Positions 39,801 to 53,536 of a DNA stretch of 64,000 nt are shown here, one piece after another (the stretch's first letter is position 1; each line of letters opens with the position of its first letter). Under the pieces are notes generated by a model. The model had not been told where the DNA came from and made no database searches. It saw only the letters and a list, made by a program, of their open reading frames with translations. Position numbers and translations under genes: made by a program. Source of the DNA: Trichoplax adhaerens. Taxonomy: Eukaryota > Animalia > Placozoa. Location of the stretch: contig NW_002060944.1 of the NCBI RefSeq assembly GCF_000150275.1, positions 1,226,911 through 1,290,910 of the forward strand, in the 5' to 3' direction.

Positions 39801-42219
39801 TTAATGAGTCGACACTCAACCGGAAATAGTTGCCACACACAGGTTAACATAAATTACTTAGAAGAAATGGATTCTTGATTATAGATTATAAATCTTAGAA
39901 CTCAACGATAAGTACATTTAGAGCTACAAGCAGGCCTTTAGAAGAACGATAGCATTAGAGCGTTATTAGCGTTACCGCCATAATATTTATTGAGTTCTAG
40001 AGTGGAAATGAGCAGCATTTACAGCTTAAAAGATAGAATACTGTTGCGATAGTGTTGGTATCGTAAAGCTTATACCTTTTAGCTCAGCAATTAAAATGTA
40101 ATAAAGTAGAGGTTTGTCCTCACATCGAGCATATTTAGATACTTATATGTAGTTGGCTATGTACCTTATTATCGCTAAATTTAGTAGAAACTATTCTTAG
40201 TATGCTTCATACTGAGGATATAATTGTATATTTCATATTAAGACCTCAAAGCGGCGTTTTCAGCCACGAGAAGTAGAAAAAGGTAGAATAATGTAGGATA
40301 ACTTGTTTGCATACTTACTTGTGTTATGAGCTCTAAGCTAGGAACAGTGTTAACGAGAATAACTTGATTTCCTAGGTGATTTTCCATATATATAGTTTGA
40401 ATCTATTTATGAGATTGACAGTCGCTAAGAGTATATAAAAATATTCATAGCTGCGATTTTTAATCCTGCATTTAATAGTGAATAATTGCATTATCAGTTC
40501 ATGTTATAAGATGTTGATGAAATCAGTGTGATCAAGCTCGGATAATATTCCTATATTCCCATTCATATGAAGTTCTTTGATCGTAGAGCGTAGCACATGA
40601 TAGTACACTACCTGCTTTTTCTTTCTCATTTCTATATAACTCTCTTCTACTATGTATTCTATATTCTAAAACAATTCTCAATCATTTATTTTTGTTAGTT
40701 AGTTCTGCGACTTACCCGTGTTTTCGTTAAGTTATTCGCTGTGTCTGTTCTGTTCTACTCTGCCTACTCAATTCAATTCAATCATCACGTTTTTCCACGC
40801 TTTAGCCTTACAGAGTTTTTTATAACACTGACAGCAATCAAGAATATTATATCTCTTTATTATGTGTATTTTTTTGCTGTTATGATAGGCTGATAATTAT
40901 TCCAAACATCATCCGTTACATGCTATATACTACGGTATAGTTAAGGTGGCATATAATGTCTAAAAATAATATTTACCAATCTATGAAGAATTTTTTACCA
41001 GATATGAAAGGTATTATGCAAGAGCACTAACTTTCTATTTACTCATATCAGATGTTCTGTTATTGTAAAGATTCTATTTACTTTTGTGAACAAATGGCTT
41101 ACCTCTTCAATGAGGATGGTTTATATCTTGTCATTAGCTATGAGTAAGACAAGATTGACTGATTATTAGCATACCAAAGGAATAATCTTTCACTGCTTGT
41201 TATGTTTAAATCAAGAAGAGTCTTAGCGATTAGCTAGCCCAACAATCTTCTCCTTGATAAGAGGATCGACTAGGCAATGGAACTTAAAAGTCATCAAGCA
41301 TAGCCAACAAGTTAGAGATGATGGGAGTCAGTACACAGCGAAAAATACGCATAAATACTTCCAAAATGTTACCGACTAATCCTATTTCCTATCCTAAATA
41401 TGTCAAGCATGTAAAAATGTATATAAAATTGTAGAGTAGGATTTTTATTGAGCCTAAGTGAGAAAAGACAGCCAGTCTACAATAAAGTATGCTCTTTTCT
41501 AGTCTGTTACATAAAATGATGATGATTCATAGTCCGGCATCAAAGTTTAATAAACTATAAAGTGGATCTACAACTTCGAAGGAAGTTCGAGTAGAGTAAC
41601 CATTAATTAACATCCTTGTAGAACTTCTTCAATCATATAAGTGCAGTTAGTTCTACAGAACCATTAGAAAGCTCATAAAGACCTGGCAGTCCATTGCCTA
41701 TCATTATACATTAAAACAAGACATCTATAACTCTACAAATATTAACAAGAATTCAAGAAAAATTTTCGATATAAATTATCTACTTTATGGACGTACGCCG
41801 TTCTGCAATAAAACAAATTTTCAGAAGCCTACTGATCATGATATTACAACTACTACTATTAATAAAAAGCCTTTCTATTGAGTTTGGTAATAATGATTAT
41901 AATCCGTTCAACTAGAGAGTTAACACTCTAGGAAAGGAAACGTTCAGTTCAGTTATGTTTTTAATTTCTATTCCTTCTATTTACTTCCTTAAGATGAACG
42001 AAATCTGTTAGATTTCAACCTTAACCAGAGTAATAATAGATAACTATACCATTAATTGCGGTAATTTATGAAATATCTATCTATCAAGGCATTACCGAGT
42101 ATTCCTTTCTGGACGTCGACATACAATATTGATTCCGTTAATATTTACCTTATATCCTTAGACTAAGAGAATTGATTATTTAATATTACAGTCTCCATTT
42201 CCGGCATAGACTGTAGAGT

Positions 42220-43190
42220 AAAATATTGCTTTCCATGCTATATTGATTTTACTTTCTCAATTTGAAGTTATTTTAAATATACTTTAAGTTATCATAACTC
42301 ATCATTGCTTTGCAGATACTTTCATCCACTCGGAGGATAAAATATACTTTGAAGCATGAGGTACTTTCAAACATTGAAAAATTATCAATATATTTTCACT
42401 GATTGTTTAGTATAAATATAAAGGAGATTGCTTCCTTGTCTTGACCCAATGAAGTGTAAAATCAAAATTTTACTTTCAAGCATAATTAATCTTATTGACT
42501 GTAAAGTTAAACTATATTGCTTTGCATGCTGTATTGATTTTGCCTTCATACTTCAAAGTCATATTATGTTGTCACAAACCAGCTTCGTGACAAGGATAAC
42601 GTAAAACAAATCTCTAAATTACTATAGTCTTCCGGAATTCAGTATCCCTTAATTACCTCACAAGAATTTAGACGCCTTTGATTCTACGTTAAACTCAACT
42701 AGACAATTGAGAACTGCTTTATTCAACTATCTGACGGGCTTATATACCCTTCTACAGCAGCTAACATTCACAAGCCATCTTATAAAAATACTTAGGTGAG
42801 ATAACTAGTTTTTCACAGTCGGACTACAATATGTCCATTCACAGAATCATTTCAGTGCACATTACAGCACAGCATTAAATATACTGTAACACATTTATAA
42901 TTAGAGTAATTCTTATAGCAAGTAACTAGTTTTAATATAATATCACTATATTATATTAACCAAATTTAGATAGCTATTTCTTCACGGTAGTTCGTACCGT
43001 GACATATGTATGTTATGCAACATAGTCATATATTGTTTTGCAGATTCTTCCATCTACTCCAAGGGTGAAATATACTCTAAAAATATTATGATCACTAACT
43101 GTGCAGTATAAATGTGAAGCAGATTTCTTTCGTTGTATTGACTCAATGAAGTATAAAGTGAAATTTTACTTTCAAACATAATTTGTATCG
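42220..43190. repeat. ~300-bp diverged tandem duplication interrupted by the LTR-like element
   Basis: tattgctt..catgct.tattgatttt at ~42223 and ~42514; ttg.tttgcagat.ctt.catc.actc..aatatact..agtataaat..tga.caatgaagt.taaa..aaattttactttcaa.cataatt at ~42305-42488 and ~43032-43183. Confidence 0.75.
42570..43004. mobile_element. Solo-LTR-like element, copy 1 (435 bp, TGTCAC...GTGACA, 5-bp TSD TATGT)
   Basis: Starts TGTCAC and ends GTGACA; TATGT at 42565-42569 and 43005-43009; homologous to 58525-59089; splits a local tandem duplication. Confidence 0.8.
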
Positions 43191-45678
43191 TACCGCAAGG
43201 TAAAGCTGTGTTTACCAATTTATAACTAACTGCAAATTTCTTCCTTCCGTCGGCAGTAAAGTGGAACTTTATTATAGAACGTAACTTATCTTTCTACACC
43301 AAAGTACAATTTATCTTCCTTGATTATACAGTTTAATACAGATTGCTTCCTCTCATCCACTATAAAGTAAATTTATAAAATATTTTTAAACCATAACGTA
43401 AAATTATGTTTATTCAGCATATTTTTGTATTTTAGAGCTTCGACCAGATCAGCAGATTAGGTAATATGTATTTCATATTGGTATCTGCTATTTTTAGTTT
43501 CTATTTAGCATCTTATTTGAAATGCAAATCCTATCTTATGAGCACCTAATTTCTAGTTTCGGATGAATTAATTAAAGCATTTGCTCAAGTAATAAAAAGA
43601 ATTTCTATTTAACCTAAACTTTTGTGTATAATATAAGCATATTTTGTTTGACTTTGATATTTCTGTAAGTATAATTCTCAGCAACGTAAGTGCCTGAGCA
43701 GCATATCAGCAAATACAATTCTGTGGTTAACGAAACTATTCGAATTACTTTTATTCATTTAAAAACAATTTTCTGCAGTCCTTGAACAACTAAAATCAAT
43801 TAACTTCTGCTAAACTGGATAGGAACGTTGAAAATTGTAAAAGAATGAAGTAAGTTGGGAAGAAAACATTTATTAATCACATTGTCGTAACACAGGTTAG
43901 AAAAATATCTGATAAAAATAAAAAATTAAGATACAAATAGATAATTAGGCCTAAAGAAAGGGGAAATAAAGTAACTTTGCCCATGAGTTCATTGCAAAGT
44001 AAATTAAAGCAAAATAGTTTCCATATGAAATTTGTAATTAAAACACAGTTATCCGTAAATGAAGAGTAATCTATTTCTTGTACGATAGTTAGCATTTAAT
44101 TAAAGTAGGCAATGGTAGAGATTCTGTAGTGACTGTAACTTTTGATATACGTATCTCTCTTCAGAAATTTTGTGTTAATTGGCTTAAGACGGCTGTAGTA
44201 CGAATAGCACACTAAGATTTCTAATTAACATATTTTTTTACCGAGTGGCTAAAGTATTTCATGTATAGAGTCCGTAATGAAATGGATTATGTTGTAAGAA
44301 AGTTTGATCAAAAATTTTTTATTTCTTAAAGTTAAATAAGATAATCAATATAACATTTGTTTATGGCGAATGGAAATCATTATGGCCTAATCTTTTATGG
44401 GCTATAATGCTAATTGTTAGCAAGGATAAAACACAATTGTGCCATATCCTATAATTTGCACATTATTTTCATGGTTACTTTTGCTACGGTAATCATGGTT
44501 ATAGTAAAATATTATGCATCAAGACAGTTAAGACTTTCAGAAATAGAAGGAAATACAATTAGATTGGCAATAATGACCTTATACTGTATTTTTAGTACTT
44601 CATTATTACTATCAATAATATTAAGAAATATATTTGCTATTGACGATGGACGTTGTTCTAATGTAACTATTATTTTAAATGGTAATTCTATGCTAACAGT
44701 AATAACTTGGTATATTAACTTTACAGGTACTTGTAGACTTTAAAAGGCATTATAATACTACTGCCAACGTCAAAACTTATATCGAATCAGCAACTCTATT
44801 CCTAATTTCAAATACTATGGTCATAGCTCTCTCTCAATTGAATCATAGCTTATATACTGATTCTACCTTAACTTTATGTATGATAGGCTAAATATATGGG
44901 ATAAAAAAGTCAAATATTCCAGGATAGCGAATAAACTACCATAGATATTTGTTAAAAGTTATTATAATTGAATAGTATAATTATACAAGTGATAACAACA
45001 TCGAATCATCCTCTATGCTTTAAATTTAAATGCTAAATTGAAACCACTCAAATTTCAATTTAAAATACCGTTCACACGTTCTACTGCAAATAACGATAGC
45101 AAAAGAATTAAATTTTTCAATAATAGCAAGAATACGGTTATCCTCAATAATTAATGAGACGTTACACATGAACATGATAATACAGTTAGGCAAGAAATTT
45201 ATATTGACTATTTAAAGGAAAGCATACCAAGCAAACCTCTAGATGGCATAGATAAAGTGATGTTGGATCACTCATTTAGCGCATATTCTACGGCATAATG
45301 CGTTAATATGAACGCTATATGAAACCGTAGTCAGTTAAGTTAAGTATCCGCTGAAAATATCACTTCAAACTTGAAAGAAAATAATGTAATAAGTTTTCTC
45401 TGATTGTAGAATGGCATTTAGAGAATAAAATTGATTGCATTAGTTTTGAAATTGAAAAATAGCAAACAGCTATTAATATTACTCCAACTGATTTAGCGTG
45501 AGATTTCATAATTTAAGACCGCAATTAGCGATAGAATTATGATTTAAGGTCAGTATGGAATAACTAGAATAAACAATTTGATAAGTTTTGCGACAATAGC
45601 AATAGGCAATTGATTTACTCTAATCAATTTATTCTTCAAATTTACATTTTTAATTTTGACCATCCTATAATTGGCTAC

Positions 45679-46321
45679 TTAGGCAAGTGGAAGGTAATTG
45701 GAACGAACAACTTGGCTAGTTTTAGGATAGTAATAAACAGGCTGTTGATAATAGTGAACCAACTCATTCTTCAATTTCACATTCTGCACCTTTAATGTTC
45801 GATGAAGTCGTTCCAATTCGATTACACGATTAATCATCTGAGAATTGAGCAATTTCTTCTTGACACGGGATCGAGCTGCAGATTCATTATTACGCTTTCT
45901 TTTATTCCAATATTTGGAATCTTTCTGCTCACTTGGTACAGGAATTTTGCTTTTTCGAATGAATGATGATTTAATAATTGTGCTATTGGCAGAGTAATGA
46001 CATGATGGCTCGATAGAGCTATTAGATGCAGTTTCTTCCTTCTGCATTGTTCTCATAAGATTAATATTGTCTGGTCGGCTGATCTAGTCATAAAAACGAA
46101 GTTATAAAATTGAAATTTTTTAACTATTTATATTGTAGAAATTACTTTCGAACGAAATACATGATCAGACCAGAAATTAATTTTTAGCCATAAGTCAAGG
46201 AGTTATTCTATCATGTACAATTAATTAAAATTACATTTTTCATGCTTGGGTCTACTAACGGAGCTTCGGTATCGGCGTATAGAGTCGACTCCGGTTGATA
46301 GTTTGAGGAAGAATTTACCAT
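45679..46321 (-). CDS. PAR/NFIL3-type bZIP transcription factor, 2 exons (46321-~46260; ~46080-45679)
   Basis: KSKIPVPSEQKDSKYWNKRKRNNESAARSRVKKK (PAR-type extended basic region with invariant N and R) followed by a leucine zipper. Upstream exon MVNSSSNYQPESTLYADTEA with GT donor; two in-frame splice solutions exist, so the junction is uncertain. TA-rich TATA-like run at ~46373-46383. Confidence 0.88.
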
Positions 46322-49300
46322 CGTCTTGATAAAGATTTATGTGGATATACGTCGCCTGTTATAGGTGTCGGGATATATATATAGTGTATTTATTACCCTT
46401 ATTGTATTTCAGATATATTACCTTGACTAACTGGCATTTACTGTTAATCTCGCAATAAAAACAAGCATGAGTTTGTTGTAGAGAACACAATAACATAACT
46501 TTCTAGCGGTGTATTACTAGATGTTTATTTAGATTTATGACCTTCAATCCAACCATTCATGCTTGATTACCAATTCTGTAGTTGTATGTCAATGTGCAGA
46601 TCCATTTAATTATAGTCCAAAAAGGTAAGATAATATATAATTATTCATTAATTATTCATCAATTGCATGAACAATATTGTTAAAAGCATGTTCACATCAA
46701 TATCTAATGTTTAACATTAGATTACAAATAAATCAATAGTAAGTCATTTTTTAATATTTTACCTTAATAATAATAGTGATAATATTGTAAAATCAAAGGG
46801 ATAACGGAAGTCGTTTTATTCAATAGTTACATTGTGTACTATTTAAATCATCTTTTCAGTCGGATTATTGAAATTATTAACTTGTTTGTATAATTCTCCG
46901 TAACTTTAGTCTGCTACGGCAGCCACCATGCAGCCGTTTATTAAGCTACTTAGGTCCACTTTAACAAAGCGACATTGATTATATAAAATCATAAATAGTA
47001 ACTGCCATTATTTAACAATTTACAACATGATATGATTATAGATTGATAAATATTTATGTTTACGTGCTTTAATCTTTATTTAGCTACAGCACGGTAATGG
47101 CCGAAAAATTGTAATAGCAATAGAACATACGTAAGTTAAACGCAATAGGTTGTCCTTTTTATTACGTCTCCTTGCTTATTCTATTGTTGGAGTTCCCAAA
47201 ACCTGTACACGAATATCAAGCACCAGCGTATCGTTAATATATATTTACAGTTGTAAATTAGCTAGAGACTGTTTAGACAATAATACAAAGATATCGACTA
47301 TTTGATAATTAGGAATATTCAGATCAGTGTTTTTTGGATGCCCCAGCGTTATTTATTTTTATTAAACATTGTCAAAACTATAACAAAATCATTTATTTAA
47401 ATAGGCAAAAAATAAAATTTCCATACTCTATTTAGGTATCTTAAGTAATCTGTTACTATTAGATAGTGAAGATAGCGTCATTTGTATCTCAGCTATTGCC
47501 ATTAAGGTCTAAATTTAAAATTTCTTCAACTAATTTATGGCAGATCTAGTACTTTTAGTCAAAAATAAGCTAATGTAAGACATATAATTTATCGGTTATT
47601 TTTGGACTGAAAGTTTCAGACAAGGTCTGTTTATCAGATATATACTTGTATTTTGCTAAACCTTTTATAAATAAGATTGCGTATATCAAAATAAAGGACT
47701 TACATATTCATTAAATTCATTCAAAATCATATTAAAAAGTTGTTTTGATTGCTTGATCGATTCCTTCGGGTCGGATAAAGTTGATACTGTTCATTTTCGT
47801 GACTCAGTTCATATGACAAATAGCGTTTCGGAATAATTCAAAATACAAGACGTGATACTCTATCACTTATTATAGGGCTAATGGTATAGATGTACACTTG
47901 TTTCATAAAGCAAAAGGTTATTTTTAGTTCACTTTCCTCTATTGGTACACTAATTTCAAACATTTTAAACAGTCTTTTATTACAACGATAAAATTAATAC
48001 TTCTGATTCCAAAATTTAAAGAACTTGCATTGCAACAATGTTATTGTAGCATGGATATTAAATGGAAGGAATACATCTAATTCCTAAATTTAATGACGCT
48101 TTATTGCAAAGACTTTAATGTACCATTTATATAAAGGAGGAATGTTTCTGATTTTAAAATTTAATCATGCCAGTAATTACACTTTTAAAAGAGCGAGCCT
48201 AAAATCTTGAGTAGCTCTAGCCAACCATGCAAGTTGTAATAGACTTACTCGCTTGACTAAATTTTAATGGCTATAGTATTTAGTATCTTTATCCTCATCA
48301 CCTGTTCGCGTCCATACTCAATAAAGATATTTTGATCAGTTAAAGAGATTTTACAAGCTTAAAGGTTGCAAATTATTATTATCACCATAATTTGTATAGT
48401 CGATGTTTACGCTCTCAATTTTCCATAGAGACCGTTTTAAAAATTAACAATTCTAATTATTCTTAATTGTTAGTTTTCATTATGATTAAAAGTGACGTCG
48501 TTCTCAATTGGGTGTTAAATTAAGCGAGAGAATTCGGAGATTAAATGAACCATTGTTGAATAAAGACGTTAAATCAAATTTAACATCATCTATCGACTAA
48601 TTTATTAATTAAGCTATCTTCACATGGATGGTATATATCATCGACAGTCTAAAGCTGCTGCTACAAATGCGGCTGTGCCGTTATAAAACGCTAAAATGGG
48701 ATTCGAATATTTACCAAAATTACGTGATCCTCAACTTTAGTCCTAGACAGAATCAAAGCGAGCAATCAGCGTATCCTGTTATCTGAAGCATAAAATTACT
48801 CTTAGCAATCTAGGTACCTATTTACATATTACATAAGTAGTATATGAAATGAAGATTCCTAAAGGCATATAAATCATCATTAACCTCCTCGTTAGTATAG
48901 AATTATGTCTTTGTTACATTATAACAACAATCGGTCATGTAACTTTGTGTTATTGTCTCTAATTTTATTTTACTTCATAACAGGCGACAGGATTACCAGC
49001 TGTTATTTCCATTTAATTGTCTATAATAGTTTTTCAAAAACTATTGTGCGCAATTTCAAATTTGATAGCGTTCTGATACTACACATTTCAAAATAAAGTG
49101 CTCTTTTTAACATTGTCAAGATTAAGTAGAAGAATATAGATATTAGTATAATTTAAAGTGACAGTATTCACCATTCTTAATCAAATTGATAGGATGATTC
49201 TGACTAGTAGACAGTATCGTAGTAAGAGAGGTGGGAAAATAAAAGAAGAAATAATCATTGCAACGGGAAATGTTTATAGTTTGCTTTTCTTCAATAGGAT

Positions 49301-52300
49301 TACATTATAATTGAATAACGATAGTTATTTTACCTTAACGATTGCGTTACTATAACTGTATACCATTAAAATGCCATAGAGCTGTATTCGGGACGTTGAT
49401 AAAATTAGATTTTATTCAATATTATCGGAATTAACCGTTATGAAAGCCTATTTGCGCATCGCGATTTATTAAGTAATGGATTGTTGGAAATGGTGTAATA
49501 CCGTCAAATAACTAGTCCCTTTACTTAAGTAATCATCAACCTGGCAACAAATAAGCCATTACAGCGATAGAATATTTTTGAGAATAAAAGAAAATGATCA
49601 GAAATAGCTGATAGGATACATCGGAAAAATCATTGTTAGAATAATAAAAGAAATTAAAGAAAAGATATCAAATATGCTTATTAATGTAACCGCCGGAAAA
49701 TAGAATGAAAAGAAATTGAATCTGCTCGACGAAGGTGATTATGAAGAAAAAAGATGATCTGCAGACGTCTATTACTCAATACTATTAAATATGATAAATT
49801 TGTTGACTAGAAGATTAAGTATTATCAATGGATCATTATCCAGTGAATATTGGATATTATAGATGAATTAGGGTAATTTTTTCGTATTACGTCGGATGAC
49901 ACCGAGTTGTAATTGCTTCCAATAACTCTGTCTACTTTTTCATCACGATATCATGCTATTTACCAGTATGCATTTTGATACGGTGTTAGGTAAAAAAATA
50001 ATATCTCAAGGACTCCTATTTGATATACTTCCATCATTCTTGACTATGCTGATTGTATATTAAGTCATACCCTACATTAGAAAGCCATACTGTTTTTTTA
50101 TTATGGATTAAAAACACGAGATAGCAGCTTGATCATCAAGGTAGTCTGTGTCTAGTAAATGACGTATTTTCTTCCCCAAGTAATTAACGTCAATCCTGGC
50201 TAGAAAAATTATCAAAAGATTCAATCCATAGGGTTATATAACACTTTGCAATGATCCTTTCGTGACATAACGTGAGTTATAGTTGGAAGTGGTTTGTTTT
50301 TGAATTAATATTGTGCAAGATAATAGATGGCCACGCGTCCCATTAAATTAGACCTGCTGTCATTAACCAAATGGCGTAGGTAACAAGAAAAATATCTTAA
50401 CTGTTGTTTTGTTTGGAATTTGATTGATAACAATACAGTTTTATATCCGTACTTGAGTTTCCTAACTAAGAACTAGATTGCCTCAGGCAATCTGTTGTGG
50501 TAATGTATCTTTTAATAAATTGAAACAAAACTCTCTCCCAATCTCTATATACTGAATAAGTTCAATGTGCTTATTATGGAGACAGTAGATTGGATGATGA
50601 GAAGAAGCCGACATAAACTCATCCATTTTCAATAATTTTTTTTCGCAATCATCTTTAATTATACCTTTAAAATGAATTAGCTTATCCATGATATGAAGTA
50701 GCCTAATCATAGGTGAAAGGCGATGAAAGATGTTAATCATGATAAAAGAGATCGTTGCTAATTATCGAAGCTGATCATCTATTCTTTTATCTTTTCTAAC
50801 GGAATAAAGTAATTACTGCGATAGTCGATCATATCTTTACTTACAATAAACAATTTTCATCGATGATCAATCTACGCAAATGATTGATATAATTGTAAAT
50901 TAGTTAAGACAGCTTTGCTTTTGTATACATGATACACATTACTGACCTAGTTTGTAAAGAGTAAGGATAGAACAGACCAGCGGGTAGTCCACGACAAACA
51001 AAACAAAAAATCACGTCTAAGTTATTAATAACTGCAGTTATTGTTAATTAGCGTATGTTTGTTTTGCCAAGATTCTTTGTCAAGTGTAAATAAACAATTT
51101 CAAGGGCTCTTAATTAGTATTAAGTCAATATCATGACAGCTTCTGTTGCGTAACAGTTAGAATAACTCTAATGTAAAATTAGAAAACGATAGATGAAGTA
51201 AACGATTAATCAATATTTTTTGTTAAATCTAAGATGCACTATTGAAGAACAACGTATGAATTGATATAGTATTAAAAATAGGGAAAGAATAAAATAGTTA
51301 GTGTAGAAAAAGTCCTTTTGCAATAATTAAAACTGATGCGATGATGTATCAATGTTGGTTAAAAGGATAATAAAGGGTAGTCTTATTATTGATTAATTGA
51401 CTGTAGTTAAGGTAAAGAACACGATAGTGTTGATTTCTTTTCCGAATGAAATTAATAATTATTTTATATGCGCATAATAGAGTCAAAGAGATGATAAAAG
51501 GCCATTACAACAAGTTGACTCTATAAATATATGCCTGTAATTACCTATCAAGTATGTGTTAGTATCGACAAAAGAATGATTAAATCATCAAGCCTAGGTT
51601 ACTTATAGCTTCTATTAAATATCTTCTTTAATTCTCTATATTGATTCCGGCCATTGATTATACTTGATCATAAAAACAAGATCAAATTATGTATATCTAT
51701 CGATTATCTGTTCTAGTTATTCATGAAGTATAAACATTGCTTTGGCTTAGCTGCAATTGATTTTTTCTGCTCCTTTTCATTAATCATTTAGATACATTGA
51801 GAAATTTTAAAGTGTCTTTAACCACTGTATTGAACCCATACAGCTGTATTTCGATGGCTTATAGACAGCACAATGTACTATTTCAAGATAGTATATTATT
51901 GTCCATTATTACGCTATTTTATAAAAAATTAATGAAAGTTTTCATCGCAGTTAATTGTCGTCTACATTTGACACTTTATTATAATAGCTAATTCATTATT
52001 AAGAAATGTAACAAAGTATCCAAGATCAGATCTCTATTTTGCTCCAAGAATAGTTTATTATATTAGTTTTATCTCTTCGGTATATCAAAAATATGTAGAA
52101 AAATATCATAAACAATGGAAAGGAAATTTATTTTTGATAATGACGATGTCGATAAAATATTAGCTTACGGATGTGCTACTAAATTAAAACAGTATGATTA
52201 AAAATTATGAAAAAGCATGTAATCACGGTAACCTTAGCTTTTTGTTAGCTCTATAATGGTTACGGTGATGTTGTTGGATTATATTCATATTTTAAATAAA

Positions 52301-53156
52301 AAAGTAATCACACTATCTATTTGATTAGATTTAAGATATCGATATCATGGTAAACGAATAGCTCCTGGTTCCATGTTGTTTCTGTTTGAATAGACGAATA
52401 TTTACAGACTGTCAAGTTAAATTCTCACATCTTGGTGATATGTCTTGATAGTTTGTACTAAAGCAAATAATATGGAGTATGCAGATGATAAAAAGCACCT
52501 ACAAGGTCTAAACCTTAAATCAACAAATACACGATAGTTAATTAAGATAAAGTTCAAGGTAATACATAAATGATCGTATTTGCGGGCATATCGATTACTT
52601 TTGCATGGCGGAACTATCGTCTAGTTATAAACACTTTATACTCTACTCTCTAGTCAGCTCTTTAAATAAAAATAGATATTAATGGCTTATTTTAACCATA
52701 TTAATAAATCATTTTTGAAGACATTCTCATACAGAGAGAATATTGATGAAGAATTTATTTTGTCACAACCTAGACTATAATAAAGAATGAATTCTAATCG
52801 ATGGACACAGTGATTTTCAATTAACCATATGTCTCGATAGAAATACTAATAAATATTATGGGTCAATAAATAGACGATAAAATAAAAAAGAAAAAATAAC
52901 TTTTAACGAACTTAGATATGCATATTGAGTTATTCTTTGGGTGATTGCGTAATGAAATATCGTAATATTGTAATGAAGTGAATTGAAATCTTTCGAATCA
53001 AGATCATCTTGTCAGCTGGATATATTGACTGTCGTTATCTATCAATTAGTCTTCATATCCTTGATTGGGCAGAACAATTAATGTTTACAAATAACCGCCC
53101 ATCGAGCGACAATTTTAAAATTAAATAAGAAGAATTGTTTAACAATTGATCCCTAG

Positions 53157-53165
53157 TATATAAAA
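53157..53165 (+). promoter_or_regulatory. TATA box of the third bZIP gene
   Basis: TATATAAAAGG ~380 nt upstream of ATG 53537, followed by a candidate 5' UTR intron (GT near 53241/53258, polypyrimidine tract and TAG at ~53368). Confidence 0.55.
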
Positions 53166-53536
53166 GGCACCTAGATACATATGCAAAGACATCATTTATA
53201 CAACAGCACGACAGTGCGAGGTGATCTAGTCTGAGAAAAGGTTCGTCTTATCATTAGGTGATTTTATTAGTATTGATGTAACTAAGAATCAACATCATCA
53301 ATAATTTTAGAGTGATAGTCTGTCCATTTGATGAAAAATTAATTCTATTTTTTCTTCTGTTTTCGTAGCTAAGACAGCCTTCTTTCCTTTGGAAAAGAGA
53401 TTTTACCAATATATATCGACATTAAATAAATAAATTAATCACTTGGCTATACTTGGATATACAGGATTTAACCAATTAATCTGTTCAAAACCTCAATTCT
53501 ATACTTGAATTAATCATATTTCTTAATTGATTCACT

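Noticed and set aside
44414-44743. 109-aa hydrophobic ORF
   Set aside because: Non-ATG start, AT-driven Ile/Leu bias, no motif or splice context.
49440-49740. GPCR pseudogene fragment on the minus strand
   Set aside because: Hydrophobic translation is explained by T-rich composition; no class A motifs, and stop codons are present.
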